Shown: positions 18,259 to 29,109, counted from the stretch's first letter. The stretch is 64,000 nt of DNA from Asaia bogorensis (GCA_945892765.1 CAMDDQ010000001.1:40486-104485), one strand, 5' to 3'. Notes: generated by a model from the sequence alone, not told the origin. Translations and numbers: made by a program.

Positions 18259-19460
18259 CACCCTGGCTTTTTGTCGTTGGCGTCGGCGAGGACGGGCTGG
18301 ATGGCCTGCCATCGTCCCATCGCGCGCTGATCGATTCCGCGGAGGTACTGGTCGGCGGCGAACGCCTGCTCGCAATGGTTCCCGCCGGCAAGGCCGAACG
18401 CATCACCTGGTCCAGGCCGTTTGCCGATTCATTTCCCGCCATCGCCGCCCAGCGCGGGCGCATGGTCGTCGCACTCGCCTCTGGCGATCCGCTGTGGTTC
18501 GGCGCCGGCGCCTCCCTGCTCGACCGGTTCACGATCGAGGACATGACGATCCTGCCCACGCCCGGCGCCTTCAGCCTGGCGGCGGCGCGCCTGGGCTGGC
18601 CGCTCGCGGGCGTGGAGACGATCAGCCTCGCGGCGCGGCCGCTCGCGCAGCTCAACCTTTTTCTCGCGCCCGGAATCCGTATCCTGGCGCTTTCACAGGA
18701 CGGGACAACACCCGCGCAAGCCGCCGTGCTGCTGCGCGAGGCGGGCTGGGGGCCCAGCCGATTCGTCCTGCTTGAAAGGCTCGGCGGCGAGCGGGAACGG
18801 ATTGTCGAGGGCACGGCGGAAAATTGGCTGGCCGAACGCTGCAACGTGCTCAACACCATCGCCATCGAGTGCCGCCCCGGCCCAGGGGCCAAGCCGCGCT
18901 CGCGCACCGCCGGTTTGCCCGACGAGGCCTTCAGCCATGACGGCCAGATCACCAAACAAGAGGTGCGCGCCGCGACTCTCGCCGCGCTGGCGCCGCTGCC
19001 GGGCGCGCTGCTTTGGGACATCGGCGCCGGCTGCGGCTCGATCGGCATCGAATGGTCGCGCGCCGCGCGCGACGCCCAGGCCATCGCCATCGAACGCGAT
19101 GAATCGCGGCGCGCGCTGATCGCCGCCAATGCCACCGGGCTCGGTGTACCCGGCCTGCGGATCGTGGCCGGCGCCGCGCCCGGCGCGCTCGCAAAATTAC
19201 CGGCGCCGGACGCCGTTTTCATCGGCGGCGGCATCGGCGATCCCGGCCTTGTCGAGGCGGCGTGGGCGGCGCTGAAGCCGCGCGGGCGGCTCGTCGCCAA
19301 TGCGGTGACGGTCGCGGGCGAAGCCGAGGTGGCGGCTGCGCGCGCGGCTTATGGCGGCGAGCTGGTGCGACTTCAGGTATCGCGCGCAGAGAAACTCGGC
19401 GATCATCTGGCATGGCGGCCATTGTTGCCGGTCACGCAATGGGCGGCCACGAAGGATTAA
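18255..19460 (+). CDS. cobL: precorrin-6Y C5,15-methyltransferase (decarboxylating) CobL (CbiE/CbiT fusion)
   Basis: An N-terminal tetrapyrrole-methylase fold plus a C-terminal SAM-MTase (LWDIGAGCGSIGIEW). The ATGA overlap with cobH indicates translational coupling. Confidence 0.85.
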   Translation: MTPWLFVVGVGEDGLDGLPSSHRALIDSAEVLVGGERLLAMVPAGKAERITWSRPFADSFPAIAAQRGRMVVALASGDPLWFGAGASLLDRFTIEDMTILPTPGAFSLAAARLGWPLAGVETISLAARPLAQLNLFLAPGIRILALSQDGTTPAQAAVLLREAGWGPSRFVLLERLGGERERIVEGTAENWLAERCNVLNTIAIECRPGPGAKPRSRTAGLPDEAFSHDGQITKQEVRAATLAALAPLPGALLWDIGAGCGSIGIEWSRAARDAQAIAIERDESRRALIAANATGLGVPGLRIVAGAAPGALAKLPAPDAVFIGGGIGDPGLVEAAWAALKPRGRLVANAVTVAGEAEVAAARAAYGGELVRLQVSRAEKLGDHLAWRPLLPVTQWAATKD

Positions 19461-20171
19461 GTGATGGGCATCGGCACCCTTTACGGTCTCGGTGTCGGGC
19501 CGGGCGATCCGGAGCTCCTCACGCTCAAGGCCCTGCGCGTGCTGCGCGCCTGCCCCGTAATCGCCTATCCCGCGCCGGAGGAAGGCAACAGCTTCGCGCG
19601 CTCCATCGTTGCGCCCCACCTGATCGGAAACCAGCGAGAGATCGAAATCCGCATGCCGTTGAGCGCCGAGCGATTCCCCGCGGCGGAGGCTTATGACCGC
19701 GGTGCCGCGGCCATCGCGGCCGAGCTGCGCGGGGGAAACGACGTGGCGGTGTTGTGTCAGGGCGACCCGTTTCTCTATGGCTCCTTCCAATATCTGTTCG
19801 CGCGCATGGCCGACGACTTCAGGGTCGTGGTTGTTCCGGGCGTTTCGTCGATTACCGCGTCGGCGGCGGCGCTGTGCATGTCATTGGCCGCCCGCGACGA
19901 TGTCGTCGCGATTGTCCCCGCGACGCTGCCGGAAGAGCGGCTGGAAGCGACCCTCGCCGCGGCCGATGCGGCGGCCATCCTCAAACTCGGGCGGCATTTC
20001 GCCAAGGTACGCACCGTGTTGGACCGGCTTGGCCTCGCCGATCGCGCCCGTTATATCGAACGCGCCACGTTGGACGGCCAGACCATGACACCGCTCGCCA
20101 GCGTCGATCCGGCGCGGGTTCCCTATTTCTCGATAATCCTCGTGCATAAACGCGGCGCGGCTTTCCGATGA
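19461..20171 (+). CDS. cobI: precorrin-2 C20-methyltransferase CobI/CbiL
   Basis: LYGLGVGPGDPELLTLKA motif. Confidence 0.85.
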   Translation: MMGIGTLYGLGVGPGDPELLTLKALRVLRACPVIAYPAPEEGNSFARSIVAPHLIGNQREIEIRMPLSAERFPAAEAYDRGAAAIAAELRGGNDVAVLCQGDPFLYGSFQYLFARMADDFRVVVVPGVSSITASAAALCMSLAARDDVVAIVPATLPEERLEATLAAADAAAILKLGRHFAKVRTVLDRLGLADRARYIERATLDGQTMTPLASVDPARVPYFSIILVHKRGAAFR

Positions 20172-21985
20172 ACCGGACACGTCTGCCCGCGGGCGCCGCG
20201 CTGGTCGCGCTGACCGCCGACGGCGCGCGGCTCGCCGCCCGAATAAAGCCCGCGCTGCCGGCCGCCCGCATCCATGGGCTCGGTGCGCGCATTGCCGTCG
20301 CCGACGAGATTTTCTCCGACACGGCCGAACACCTGCGCTTCCTCTTCGCCGCCGGCCGGCCGATCATCGGTATCTGCGCGGCCGGCATCCTGATCCGCGC
20401 GTTGGCGCCGCTGCTCGCCAACAAACGCGCGGAGCCGCCGGTAATCGCGGTCGCGGCCGATGGCGGCGCGGTTGTGCCGCTTCTCGGCGGGCATCGCGGC
20501 GCCAACCGGCTCGCCAAGGCCATCGCTGCCGCGCTCGGCGGCGTCGCTTCGATCACAACCGCCGGCGACACGGCCCTCGGCTTTGCCCTGGACGACCCGC
20601 CCGCGGGCTGGCGCGTCGCCAATGTAGAGGCCGCCAAGGCAATGACGGCCGCGCTTCTTGCGGGCGGTTCCGTGGCGCTGGCGGTGGAGGCCGGCGACGC
20701 CACCTGGCTGCGCGACTCGGGGATCGGCTTCGTGGAAACGGCGCCGCTCCGCGTGCTGGTAACCGACCGCGCCGTCATTGGCGATGCCTCGACGCTGGTC
20801 CTGCATCCGCCGGTTCTGGCGGTGGGTGTGGGCTGCGAGCGGGATGCCGACCCGGAGGAACTTGCCCGGTTGGTCGATGGCACCTTGGCCGCGCATGGGC
20901 TGTCGCCGCTTTCGGTCGCCTGTGTCGCCAGCATCGATTTGAAGGCCGACGAGCCGGCCGTGCAGTCCATGGCACGAAGACTGGGCGTGCCGGCCAGGTT
21001 CTACCCAGCCGCGCGGCTAGAGGACGAAAAGCCGCGCCTGCGCAACCCGTCCGACGTCGTGTTCCGCGAAACCGGCTGTCATGGCGTCGCCGAGGGTGCG
21101 GCGCTGGCCGCCGCTGGGAAGGAATCTGTCCTGATCGTGCCCAAGGTCAAATCGGCGCGCGCCACCGGCGCCGTCGCGCGCAGTCCCGCCGACATCGATG
21201 CGACCGCGGTTGGCCGCGGGCGCGGCCGTCTGGCAATAATCGGCATCGGTCCCGGCGCGGCCTCGTTGCGCACACCGGAGGCCTCCGCCGCCTTGGCCGA
21301 AGCGACCGATATCGTCGGCTATTCCCTCTATGTGGAACTGCTGGGGTCCGCCGCCATCGGCAAACGCATTCACGAACGGCCCTTGGGCGCCGAGACCGAA
21401 CGGACGCAACTCGCGCTCGACCTCGCTGCCGCGGGAGCCAACGTCGCCTTGATTTCATCCGGCGACGCCGGAATCTATGGCTTGGCGAGCCTCGCCTTTG
21501 AAATGCTCGACCGCGAGAACCGGGCCGATTGGAATCGCGCCGCCATCGCGGTTATTCCCGGGGTTTCCGCGCTACAGGCCGCGGCGGCAGCCGCCGGGGC
21601 CATCCTCGGCCATGATTTCGCGGCGATTTCGCTGTCCGACCTGCTGACGCCATGGCCCGATATCGAGCGACGGCTGCGGGCCGCGGCCGAGGGCGATTTC
21701 GTCGTTGCCCTCTACAATCCCGCCTCGGCGAAGCGGCAACGCGGGATCGGCGTGGCCCGCGACATCCTGCTGGCCCATCGCGCGCCCGACACGCCGGTCG
21801 TGTTGGCGCGCAATCTGGGCCGCGACGGCCAACGTGTCGACACCATCACCTTGGCGGAGCTCGGCCCCGACAAAGTCGACATGCTGACTATCGTATTGAT
21901 CGGCTCGACCCAATCGCGAAGATTGCGCCGCGGCCGGGAGGATTGGGTCTACACGCCGCGCGGTTACGAACGGAAATCGACGTAG
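20168..21985 (+). CDS. cbiG-cobJ: CbiG (cobalt-precorrin-5A hydrolase) fused to precorrin-3B C17-methyltransferase CobJ/CbiH
   Basis: N-terminal CbiG domains (...GIGCERDADPEEL...) and a C-terminal tetrapyrrole methylase (LAIIGIGPGAASLRTPEA...DVVFRETG). Confidence 0.85.
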   Translation: MNRTRLPAGAALVALTADGARLAARIKPALPAARIHGLGARIAVADEIFSDTAEHLRFLFAAGRPIIGICAAGILIRALAPLLANKRAEPPVIAVAADGGAVVPLLGGHRGANRLAKAIAAALGGVASITTAGDTALGFALDDPPAGWRVANVEAAKAMTAALLAGGSVALAVEAGDATWLRDSGIGFVETAPLRVLVTDRAVIGDASTLVLHPPVLAVGVGCERDADPEELARLVDGTLAAHGLSPLSVACVASIDLKADEPAVQSMARRLGVPARFYPAARLEDEKPRLRNPSDVVFRETGCHGVAEGAALAAAGKESVLIVPKVKSARATGAVARSPADIDATAVGRGRGRLAIIGIGPGAASLRTPEASAALAEATDIVGYSLYVELLGSAAIGKRIHERPLGAETERTQLALDLAAAGANVALISSGDAGIYGLASLAFEMLDRENRADWNRAAIAVIPGVSALQAAAAAAGAILGHDFAAISLSDLLTPWPDIERRLRAAAEGDFVVALYNPASAKRQRGIGVARDILLAHRAPDTPVVLARNLGRDGQRVDTITLAELGPDKVDMLTIVLIGSTQSRRLRRGREDWVYTPRGYERKST

Positions 21986-23759
21986 AAGGCCTCGATCTGG
22001 CCCTGGCGACCGCGCACCTCCACCAGGCCGATGGATGTGACGGGAAGATCGAGCTTTGACGCCTGCCGCGTGACCCCGCTCATCACGACCACGACATTGC
22101 CGGGCTTATCGATGGACTTGCCAAGCTGCTCCAGCCGGTTCGCGGTGTTCACCGTGTCGCCGACGATGGTGTAGTTGATGCGGCCGGGTGCGCCGATATT
22201 GCCGACGACCACGTCACCCGAATGCAGTCAGATGCGAATGCCCAAGGTCCCGCCCTCGCGCCCCATGGCCTCGGCGATGGCCAGTGCCGCGCGGCAGCCA
22301 CGGGCGGCATGGTCTTTCTGTTTCTCGGGCGCGCCCCAAAAGGCCATGACATCGTCGCCGATGAATTTGTCCACGGTGCCACTCTCGGCCTCGATGCAGG
22401 CGGTGATCAGCCCGAAATGTCGGTTGAGCAGCGGCGCGACCTCCGGCGCCGGGAGTTTTTCCGCCATCGTGGTGAACCCGGCGATGTCGGTGAACATCAC
22501 TGTGACGGTGCGTTCCTTCGACGGCATCGCACCCTTGGCCGCGTCCCATTCGCCATGGCCGACCAGTCGCTGCACCAGCTTCCTGGGGACATAGGTCTCG
22601 AACCAACGCAGCCCGACGACCATGGCGTTGAAGGCCTGGCCGGCGGCGTTCAGTTCCACGAACAGGGTACGGGGTAACCTTTCGACCGTATCGAGCGACA
22701 AATCGCTTACCCGCCTTGCGGCGATCGAAAGCCGGATCAGCGGCACGGTCAAATATCGGGAATAACCGTAAGCGACCAGCAACGAGACGAGCAGAACCGC
22801 GATCCCGGCGATCGCCGCCCAGCGCAGGCGTGTCAGTTCGTCGGTGATGTCGGTGGCCGCGAAATAGACTCCGACTTCCCAGGGCTTGTCGCTGTAACGG
22901 TCCAAGACGCGCGACAGCATGGCATATTGAATGCCCCCGGATTCGGCGAGCCGAATGCCGGTCTTTTCGATGAAGTCCCGGTCGAGCACGCCCAATTTCT
23001 GCGGGCGGTCAAAAGCCAGGAGAACCGGATCCCCGACCTCCGCGATCGTGGGCAGCAAATTCTCGCCGCGCGGCGGCCGGCGCGTCTGAAGAAGAGGATG
23101 GGCGAGGACCATGTGATGGTCGTAAAGAATGAAGGCCGTGCCTTTGAGGGTGCGCGCGGTGTCGTCGAGAATTTGCGAAAACTGGTCCACCTGGACGGTG
23201 CCACCAATAGCCCGACATAATTGCCGCCGATGCGAACCGGATAGCGAACATTGACCAGCACCTGATCGGCGGTTTCCGGCAGCACGATTTCGGCCCAATA
23301 CAGCCCCGTCCTGTCGCGCGCCGCGTCCATGGCGTTGCTGATGACCGGCATCTCCCGCACATCGATGACATCGAGAGCGACTCCATTCGGATGGCGAAGG
23401 GCCCGCAGCATCGAATTGTCGGTGCCGATGAGTACGAGCGAACGCACTTCGGGAGTCGCCGACAAGGCGCCGGCCTCGATCTGGCGGGCAAGGTGAATAA
23501 GCTGACTCTCCACTGGCCGCAGATATTGGTCGATCACGCTGACGATCTGCAGGCTCGCGGCTTCGGATTTGTCGCGCAGCAAGTCGATGGTATTGGTGCG
23601 GGCGCTCCAGAGGCCGAGCGCGAGGGCCGAAGCCACGGCAAGGAAGACGAGGCCGCCGAAGCCAAGCACCAATCCGGTGGCGATCTTGATCTCGGCCGAC
23701 GGGTGCGGCGCCTCGCCTTGTGCGGCCGGCGCGGCAATGGCGGGGGAGTGGCTTTTCAT
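21964..23759 (-). pseudogene. disrupted sensor adenylate/guanylate cyclase (dCache-like periplasmic domain, HAMP, class III cyclase)
   Basis: The reading frame switches near 23200-23215 (RIGGNYVGL in one frame, AIGGTVQVDQFSQILDD continuing in another). An in-frame TGA at 22228-22230 sits inside the catalytic domain (...GTLGIRI*LHSGDVVVGNIGAPGRINYTIVGDTVNTANRLE). Confidence 0.6.
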
Positions 23760-23784
23760 GACGGCACCAAGCTAAGAATACCGG

Positions 23785-24555
23785 ATGATCGTGCATTTCA
23801 TCGGCGCGGGGCCGGGTGCCGCAGACCTTATCACGGTGCGCGGCCTCAACCTCATCCGGCGCTGCCCCGTCATTCTTTATGCCGGATCGCTGGTCCCGGA
23901 GGCGGTGGTCGCGGAGGCCCCCCAAGGCGCCCGAATCGTCGATACCGCGCCGCTCCACCTGGATCAAATCGCGGAAGAGATGCGCGCCGCCCATGCCCGG
24001 AACGAGGACGTGGCGCGAATCCATTCCGGCGATCCCTCACTGTACGGCGCGATCGGGGAGCAGATGCGGCGGCTCGACGCTTTGGGTATCCCGTATGACG
24101 TGACGCCGGGCGTGCCGGCCTATGCGGCGGCGGCGGCGGCGCTGCGCGCCGAGTTGACCCTGCCTGGACTTAGCCAGACCGTGATCCTAACCCGCACCGC
24201 CGTGCGAGCCTCACCCATGCCCGAAGGGGAGTCGCTGTCCAGGCTTGGGGCCAGCGGGGCGACGCTCGCCATTCATCTGTCGATCAACAACCTCGCCGTC
24301 GTTCTTCGCGAATTGACACCTTTGTATGGCGGCGATTGCCCGGTCGCCGTCGTCCACCGTGCCTCGTGGCCGGACGAGGCGATCCTGCGCGGCACACTCG
24401 CCGACATCCGCGCCAAGGTGAAGGCGGCGGGGTTCACGCGCACGGCCATGATCCTGGTCGGCCGCGCCTTGGCGCCGGCCGGCTTCGACGACAGCCGGCT
24501 TTATGCCGCCGACCATCGCCATGTCTGCCGCAAAGCCGGAAACGATCAGGACTGA
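23785..24555 (+). CDS. cobM: precorrin-4 C11-methyltransferase CobM/CbiF
   Basis: [20 protein letters not shown]...[14 protein letters not shown]. Confidence 0.9.
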   Translation: MIVHFIGAGPGAADLITVRGLNLIRRCPVILYAGSLVPEAVVAEAPQGARIVDTAPLHLDQIAEEMRAAHARNEDVARIHSGDPSLYGAIGEQMRRLDALGIPYDVTPGVPAYAAAAAALRAELTLPGLSQTVILTRTAVRASPMPEGESLSRLGASGATLAIHLSINNLAVVLRELTPLYGGDCPVAVVHRASWPDEAILRGTLADIRAKVKAAGFTRTAMILVGRALAPAGFDDSRLYAADHRHVCRKAGNDQD

Positions 24556-25310
24556 AGCCGCGCCATTATCCAGGCGAACGCCGCCGCGGGTGTGGCCACG
24601 GTTTCGGCGTGGTCCTTGGCCGGCCGCCGCAGAAGGATCACCGGGATGTGCGCCTCGCGCGCGGCGATCAGCTTCGCCGCGGTCGCGCCGCCCCCGCTGG
24701 CTTTGGTGATGACCACGTCGATGTGGTGGCGGGCGAGCAGGACCCGTTCGGATTCGAGCGTGAACGGCCCGCGGCCGAGAACAATTTCATAAGCGTTCAG
24801 TTGCAGACGCGCCTTGGGCGGATCGATCAGGCGCACCAGGAACCAGGTATCCGCGATCCCGGAAAACGCCGGCAGGACGCGGCTCCCGACGGTGAGGAAC
24901 ACCCGCCGGCCGAGCCCAGCCAACAACGAAGCCGCCGCGGCGGCATCCTCGACCTCGACCCAACGATCGCCGTCCTGACGCTCCCAAGCGGGGCGGGCGA
25001 GTCGCAACAGGGGCACGCCGGCGGCGGCGCAGGCGGCATCGGCATTGGCCGCGATCTCGGTGGCGAAGGGGTGGGTGGCGTCCACGACAAGCGCGACGTT
25101 CCGTTCGGCAAGAAAGGCGGCGAGGCCGTTCTTTCCCCCGAAACCGCCCCTGCGGACTTCCCCCGGCGGCAGATTTGGATGTTCGGTGCGGCCGGCGAGC
25201 GAGGTCACGACTTCGACTCCCGGCGGGAGCACCAGGCTCAGCATCTCCGCCACGGCCACGGCCTCCGCCGTGCCGCCCAGGATGAGCAGCCGGCGGCTAG
25301 GGCCCGGCAT
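24546..25310 (-). CDS. cobK: precorrin-6A reductase CobK/CbiJ
   Basis: Start at M37 of the ORF frame ([17 protein letters not shown]). CobK fold. Confidence 0.8.
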   Translation of the reverse strand: MPGPSRRLLILGGTAEAVAVAEMLSLVLPPGVEVVTSLAGRTEHPNLPPGEVRRGGFGGKNGLAAFLAERNVALVVDATHPFATEIAANADAACAAAGVPLLRLARPAWERQDGDRWVEVEDAAAAASLLAGLGRRVFLTVGSRVLPAFSGIADTWFLVRLIDPPKARLQLNAYEIVLGRGPFTLESERVLLARHHIDVVITKASGGGATAAKLIAAREAHIPVILLRRPAKDHAETVATPAAAFAWIMARLQS

Positions 25311-26412
25311 GGCCGAGCAAGACGCCGCCCCGATCGAAGACCGCCACGTCAACCGCGACGCCGCCGGCCAGCGTGGCCAGCGCGGTTTCGCGCGCACGGC
25401 GCGCGACCTGTTCGGCAAGACGTGGCCCCCAGGCCCCGGCGGCGGCCATGATCTGCCCCGCCGTCGTGGCGCCGGCCACCGCTTGCAGAGCCTCGTCCGG
25501 TGCTCCGATCTCGCGCAACAGGCTCATCAACGCGACGCTGTCCACGGATGAACGGCCGGAATGAAGGTCGAGGTGCCCGGCCGCGAGTTTCGACAATTTT
25601 CCGAAGCCGCCGGCGATTGTTAGCCGCGGCACCGGATGCAACCTCAGATATTTGAGAAGGCCCCCGGCGAAATCGCCCATATCGATCAGGGCAACCTCCG
25701 GCAATTCGTAGAGGCGTTGCACGGCCGCTTCCGAAGTCGATCCGGTGCAGGCCGCGATATGCGCCCGTCCGGCGGCGCGGGCGACATCGACGCCGCGCTG
25801 AACCGCATGAATCCAGGACGAACAGGAATAGGGAATGACAACGCCAGTCGTGCCGAGGATCGAAAGGCCGCCGACGATGCCCAGCCGCGCATTCATGGTT
25901 TTTTTCGCGAGTTCGGCCCCGCCGGGTATGGAGATGGTGACCATGACATCGCCGCTGCCGCCAAAGGCGCCCGCGATTTCTTCGATTGTCTGTCTAATCA
26001 TCACACGCGGCGTGGGATTGATTGCGGGTTCGCCCGGCGCCAGCGACAACCCGGGCAGGGTTACCGTGCCGACACCCTCCCCGGCCTTGAAAACGACGCC
26101 GCCGCCTTCCGCGCCTTGCGCGACCTCGACGACAATCAACGCGCCATGGGTGATGTCGGGATCGTCGCCGGCATCCTTGATAATGGCGGCGCGCGCCCAA
26201 TCGGCACCGAGTTCGCCGCGGGCGAGGGCGAAACTCGGTTTTTTGCCACGCGGCAGGGCAATCACGACCGGGTTTGGAAAGATTCCCGTTAGCAGCGCCT
26301 GATAAGCGGCCCGTGCGGCGGCCGTGGCGCAAGCGCCGGTGGTCCAGCCGCGGCGCAAATCGCGCCGGTCGGCCGGCCTGGTCGCCGATTCTTCGGGATC
26401 GACATCGGCCAC
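25297..26412 (-). CDS. cbiD: cobalt-precorrin-5B (C1)-methyltransferase CbiD
   Basis: LRRGWTTGACATAAARAA N-terminal signature of CbiD. Confidence 0.85.
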   Translation of the reverse strand: MADVDPEESATRPADRRDLRRGWTTGACATAAARAAYQALLTGIFPNPVVIALPRGKKPSFALARGELGADWARAAIIKDAGDDPDITHGALIVVEVAQGAEGGGVVFKAGEGVGTVTLPGLSLAPGEPAINPTPRVMIRQTIEEIAGAFGGSGDVMVTISIPGGAELAKKTMNARLGIVGGLSILGTTGVVIPYSCSSWIHAVQRGVDVARAAGRAHIAACTGSTSEAAVQRLYELPEVALIDMGDFAGGLLKYLRLHPVPRLTIAGGFGKLSKLAAGHLDLHSGRSSVDSVALMSLLREIGAPDEALQAVAGATTAGQIMAAAGAWGPRLAEQVARRARETALATLAGGVAVDVAVFDRGGVLLGHAGP

Positions 26413-26489
26413 GAAAAAATCCTCAAGGTTTTCCCGTTCATCAAAGCGGCTATCGATGGCTTATGGCAAGTCCCGTGCGCGGCGGCTCG

Positions 26490-27030
26490 CTATGTCATCG
26501 CGCCGATGCCATACAGCCAAGCCACGGCCACAGCCATGGACAGCAACGCGATCGGGATGCCCGCCCGGGCATGGTCGGCGAAACTCAGGCGAACACCCAC
26601 CGTTGCCGCTCGCTCCACCACGATCAGATTGGCGATGCTGCCGACCAGCAGAAAATTGCCGGCGAGCGTCGATAAAAGGGCCAGTCCGTGAGGCGCGCCT
26701 TTCGGCAATTCCGGCCACATCTCCAGCAGCATCACAACCGCGGGCACATTGCCGATCGTGTTGCTGAGGACCAGCGCCAACGGCGCCATCAAATGCAGGC
26801 GGTCTGGCAGCCAACCCTGCTCCGCCAGCATTCCCAGAAACGCGTTGGGCGGGCCTGTGGCGGCAAAGGCGTCATTGACGACGAACAAGGCGGCAAAAAG
26901 AACAAGAAGTGGCCAGTCGACGGTCACGAGCAGGTCGCGGCTGGCGAAGCGGCGGCTGAACAACATCGCTGAGGCAACCAAAAGCGCCGCACTTTCGCGC
27001 GGCAGCTCCGTCGCGAACAAGACGAGGAGG
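26490..27030 (-). CDS. membrane protein resembling the C-terminal half of an ArsB/NhaD-superfamily permease (possible gene remnant)
   Basis: Hydrophobic repeats (...LVLSNTIGNVPAVVMLLEM...LLSTLAGNFLLVGSIANLIVVE...). No ATG is available, TTG is the probable start, and only ~180 aa remain, about half a typical permease. Confidence 0.35.
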
Positions 27031-27081
27031 ACACCAACCCCCAGGCCGGCGCCCGGGATCGACGAAGCCCCGGCGAGAGTC

Positions 27082-29109
27082 TCAGGCGCCGCGCACCGCC
27101 ATGGGCTGCGGGGCGGCGGTCGCGGTCGCCGACACCTGGGACCCGGGCTGCACGCGTGGCGCCGCCGCCGGCTTGCGGGCCTGGGTAACACGCTCCTGCG
27201 CCGCCTCCAGGATCAGGCGCAGCAGGTCGGCGTAACGCAGCCCGGCATAACTCGCCATGATGTTGAGCTTGCCGTCCCAGCACCAGCCGGGATTGGGGTT
27301 GACCTCGAGCAGCTTGATCGCGCCTTCGGCATCGGCGCGGAAGTCGAATCGCGCATAGTCGCGACAACCCAGGCGCTCGAACAGCACGGTCGAGTAGTCG
27401 ACCAGGCGGCGCCGCACATCCTCGTCGATCGCCGCCGGCTTGTACTTGATCTGCGTCCAATAGGGCGATTCCGGCACCCATTTCGATTCATAAGAAAGAA
27501 TCTTGGGCAAATCGGCGTTGAGCCCGCTGAAATCGACCTCGAGCGTGGGCAGCACCTGATAGCTCAATCCGGGATTGCCGATGATGCCGATGCTGTATTC
27601 CGCGCCGGTGAGATATTCTTGCACCAGCACCGGGCGACCGGGCAATTCCTCGCGCAGCTTTTCCAGATAGGTGATCGCTTCTTCCGGCGTCCACACCACG
27701 GCGTCCTTGGTGATGCCTATGCTGCTGTCGCCGAAACAGGGCTTGATCAGCGCCGGAAAGATAGATGGCAGGTTCGCCGATTGGTCGTCCGGGTTGACAT
27801 AGGTTTCGGCCGGGACCGGGAGATCGAGCGATTCGGCGATCGAACGGACCAACGCCTTGTTGTAACAAAGGCCGAGGCAGCTCGCGCCGGCGCCGGTATA
27901 GGGCACGCCCAGCATTTCAAGCAGCGCCGGCACATGCGGCTCGAGGAAGGCGTCGTTGTTGAAGCCTTCGTCGCAGAGATTGAGCGCGAACTTGGGCGGG
28001 TTGGCGCGAAGCTGGCTGACCATCGCGGTGTGATTGTCGATGAAGTCGAATTTGTAACCGGGCAATTCGCCCAGGGCCTCGCGCAGGCGCTTGATAGTTT
28101 CGAAGTCTTCCTTATTGAACTGGCCGCCGCGCTTGACCATGTCGGGCAGGCGCGGATCACCCATGACAACGCTGACCTCCGGGTAAGCGATGCCGCGCAC
28201 CGCCGTGACCGCGACCTTGCGCGGCGCCTGCGCCGTCAGGAACATACGCGTGGCCATCATGCCCAGGTCTTGGTTGCGGCCGGATTCGGTGCCCACCCAA
28301 TCGTGGAACCGCAGCGATTCGAAACCGACTCGTTCCAGGAGCTCGCGGATGCGTTCACGTGAATAGAGGCGCTCGGCATAAAATTGATCGGCGATCACGC
28401 CGCGTTCGGCATGCACAACAACTTCGCGCGAAACCAGGCGTTGTTGATCGTTGGCGAGCGAACGTTCGCGGCAGACAAAGTGATTCTGGTCGATCCATTC
28501 CCAGGACCGCCGCTCGAAATGCGTCCGCAGCCAGTCGCCATCGGCAAGGTCCATGGCCAGCGTGCCGTTGGAGGCCAGCGCCCGTTTCACCGCCTCCAGC
28601 ACCGCCACGTCGTCTTCCTCGCGGTCGAAATAGCCGTAGGAATTGCCCATCAGCGTGACGCAGTGGAAGGAATTCTCCGGAACCCGAAATTTGCGGGCGT
28701 CGCCTTCATGGAAGGAGACGTTGAGGCCCAACTGCTTGGCGCGTTTGCGGGCGAGCCGGACCAGATAACGCGAGCGGTCGATGCCGGTGACGGCGTTGAA
28801 GCCCCGGCGCGCGAGTTCGATGACGTGGCGACCCTGGCCGCAGCAGAGATCGAGGATGCGGTCGTTCGGCTCCAGACCCGACGATTTGATCAGCGAATCG
28901 ATTTCGCGCCCGGTATTGGTGTCGTTTTCGACGACATCGCCATCGGTTTGGATGTAGAGCGAATTGAACAGCGTCCGCCACCAATCGGATGGCAGGTGGC
29001 GCTCGAGATCGGAAACCGGGCCAAGCGTTCTTACCGGTCCCTGCGGCTTGGGCGTACCGTTCCCATTGGGTTTATGGACGCCGTTGCCGTTGGACGACTT
29101 TTTCGCCAT
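27082..29109 (-). CDS. class I SAM-dependent methyltransferase fused to a D-Ala-D-Ala-ligase-like ATP-grasp domain
   Basis: MTase motif I ILDLCCGQGRHVIELARRG. C-terminal ATP-grasp segments (LVQEYLTGAEYSIGIIGNPG, DYARFDFRADAEGAIKLLEVNPNPGW). Start at M64 of the ORF frame (MAKKSSNG). Confidence 0.7.
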   Translation of the reverse strand: MAKKSSNGNGVHKPNGNGTPKPQGPVRTLGPVSDLERHLPSDWWRTLFNSLYIQTDGDVVENDTNTGREIDSLIKSSGLEPNDRILDLCCGQGRHVIELARRGFNAVTGIDRSRYLVRLARKRAKQLGLNVSFHEGDARKFRVPENSFHCVTLMGNSYGYFDREEDDVAVLEAVKRALASNGTLAMDLADGDWLRTHFERRSWEWIDQNHFVCRERSLANDQQRLVSREVVVHAERGVIADQFYAERLYSRERIRELLERVGFESLRFHDWVGTESGRNQDLGMMATRMFLTAQAPRKVAVTAVRGIAYPEVSVVMGDPRLPDMVKRGGQFNKEDFETIKRLREALGELPGYKFDFIDNHTAMVSQLRANPPKFALNLCDEGFNNDAFLEPHVPALLEMLGVPYTGAGASCLGLCYNKALVRSIAESLDLPVPAETYVNPDDQSANLPSIFPALIKPCFGDSSIGITKDAVVWTPEEAITYLEKLREELPGRPVLVQEYLTGAEYSIGIIGNPGLSYQVLPTLEVDFSGLNADLPKILSYESKWVPESPYWTQIKYKPAAIDEDVRRRLVDYSTVLFERLGCRDYARFDFRADAEGAIKLLEVNPNPGWCWDGKLNIMASYAGLRYADLLRLILEAAQERVTQARKPAAAPRVQPGSQVSATATAAPQPMAVRGA

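Noticed and set aside
22228-22230. The TGA in the adenylate cyclase could encode selenocysteine.
   Set aside because: The position aligns with a conserved Gly, not a redox Cys. No SECIS-like hairpin follows. A second lesion, the frameshift, occurs in the same gene.
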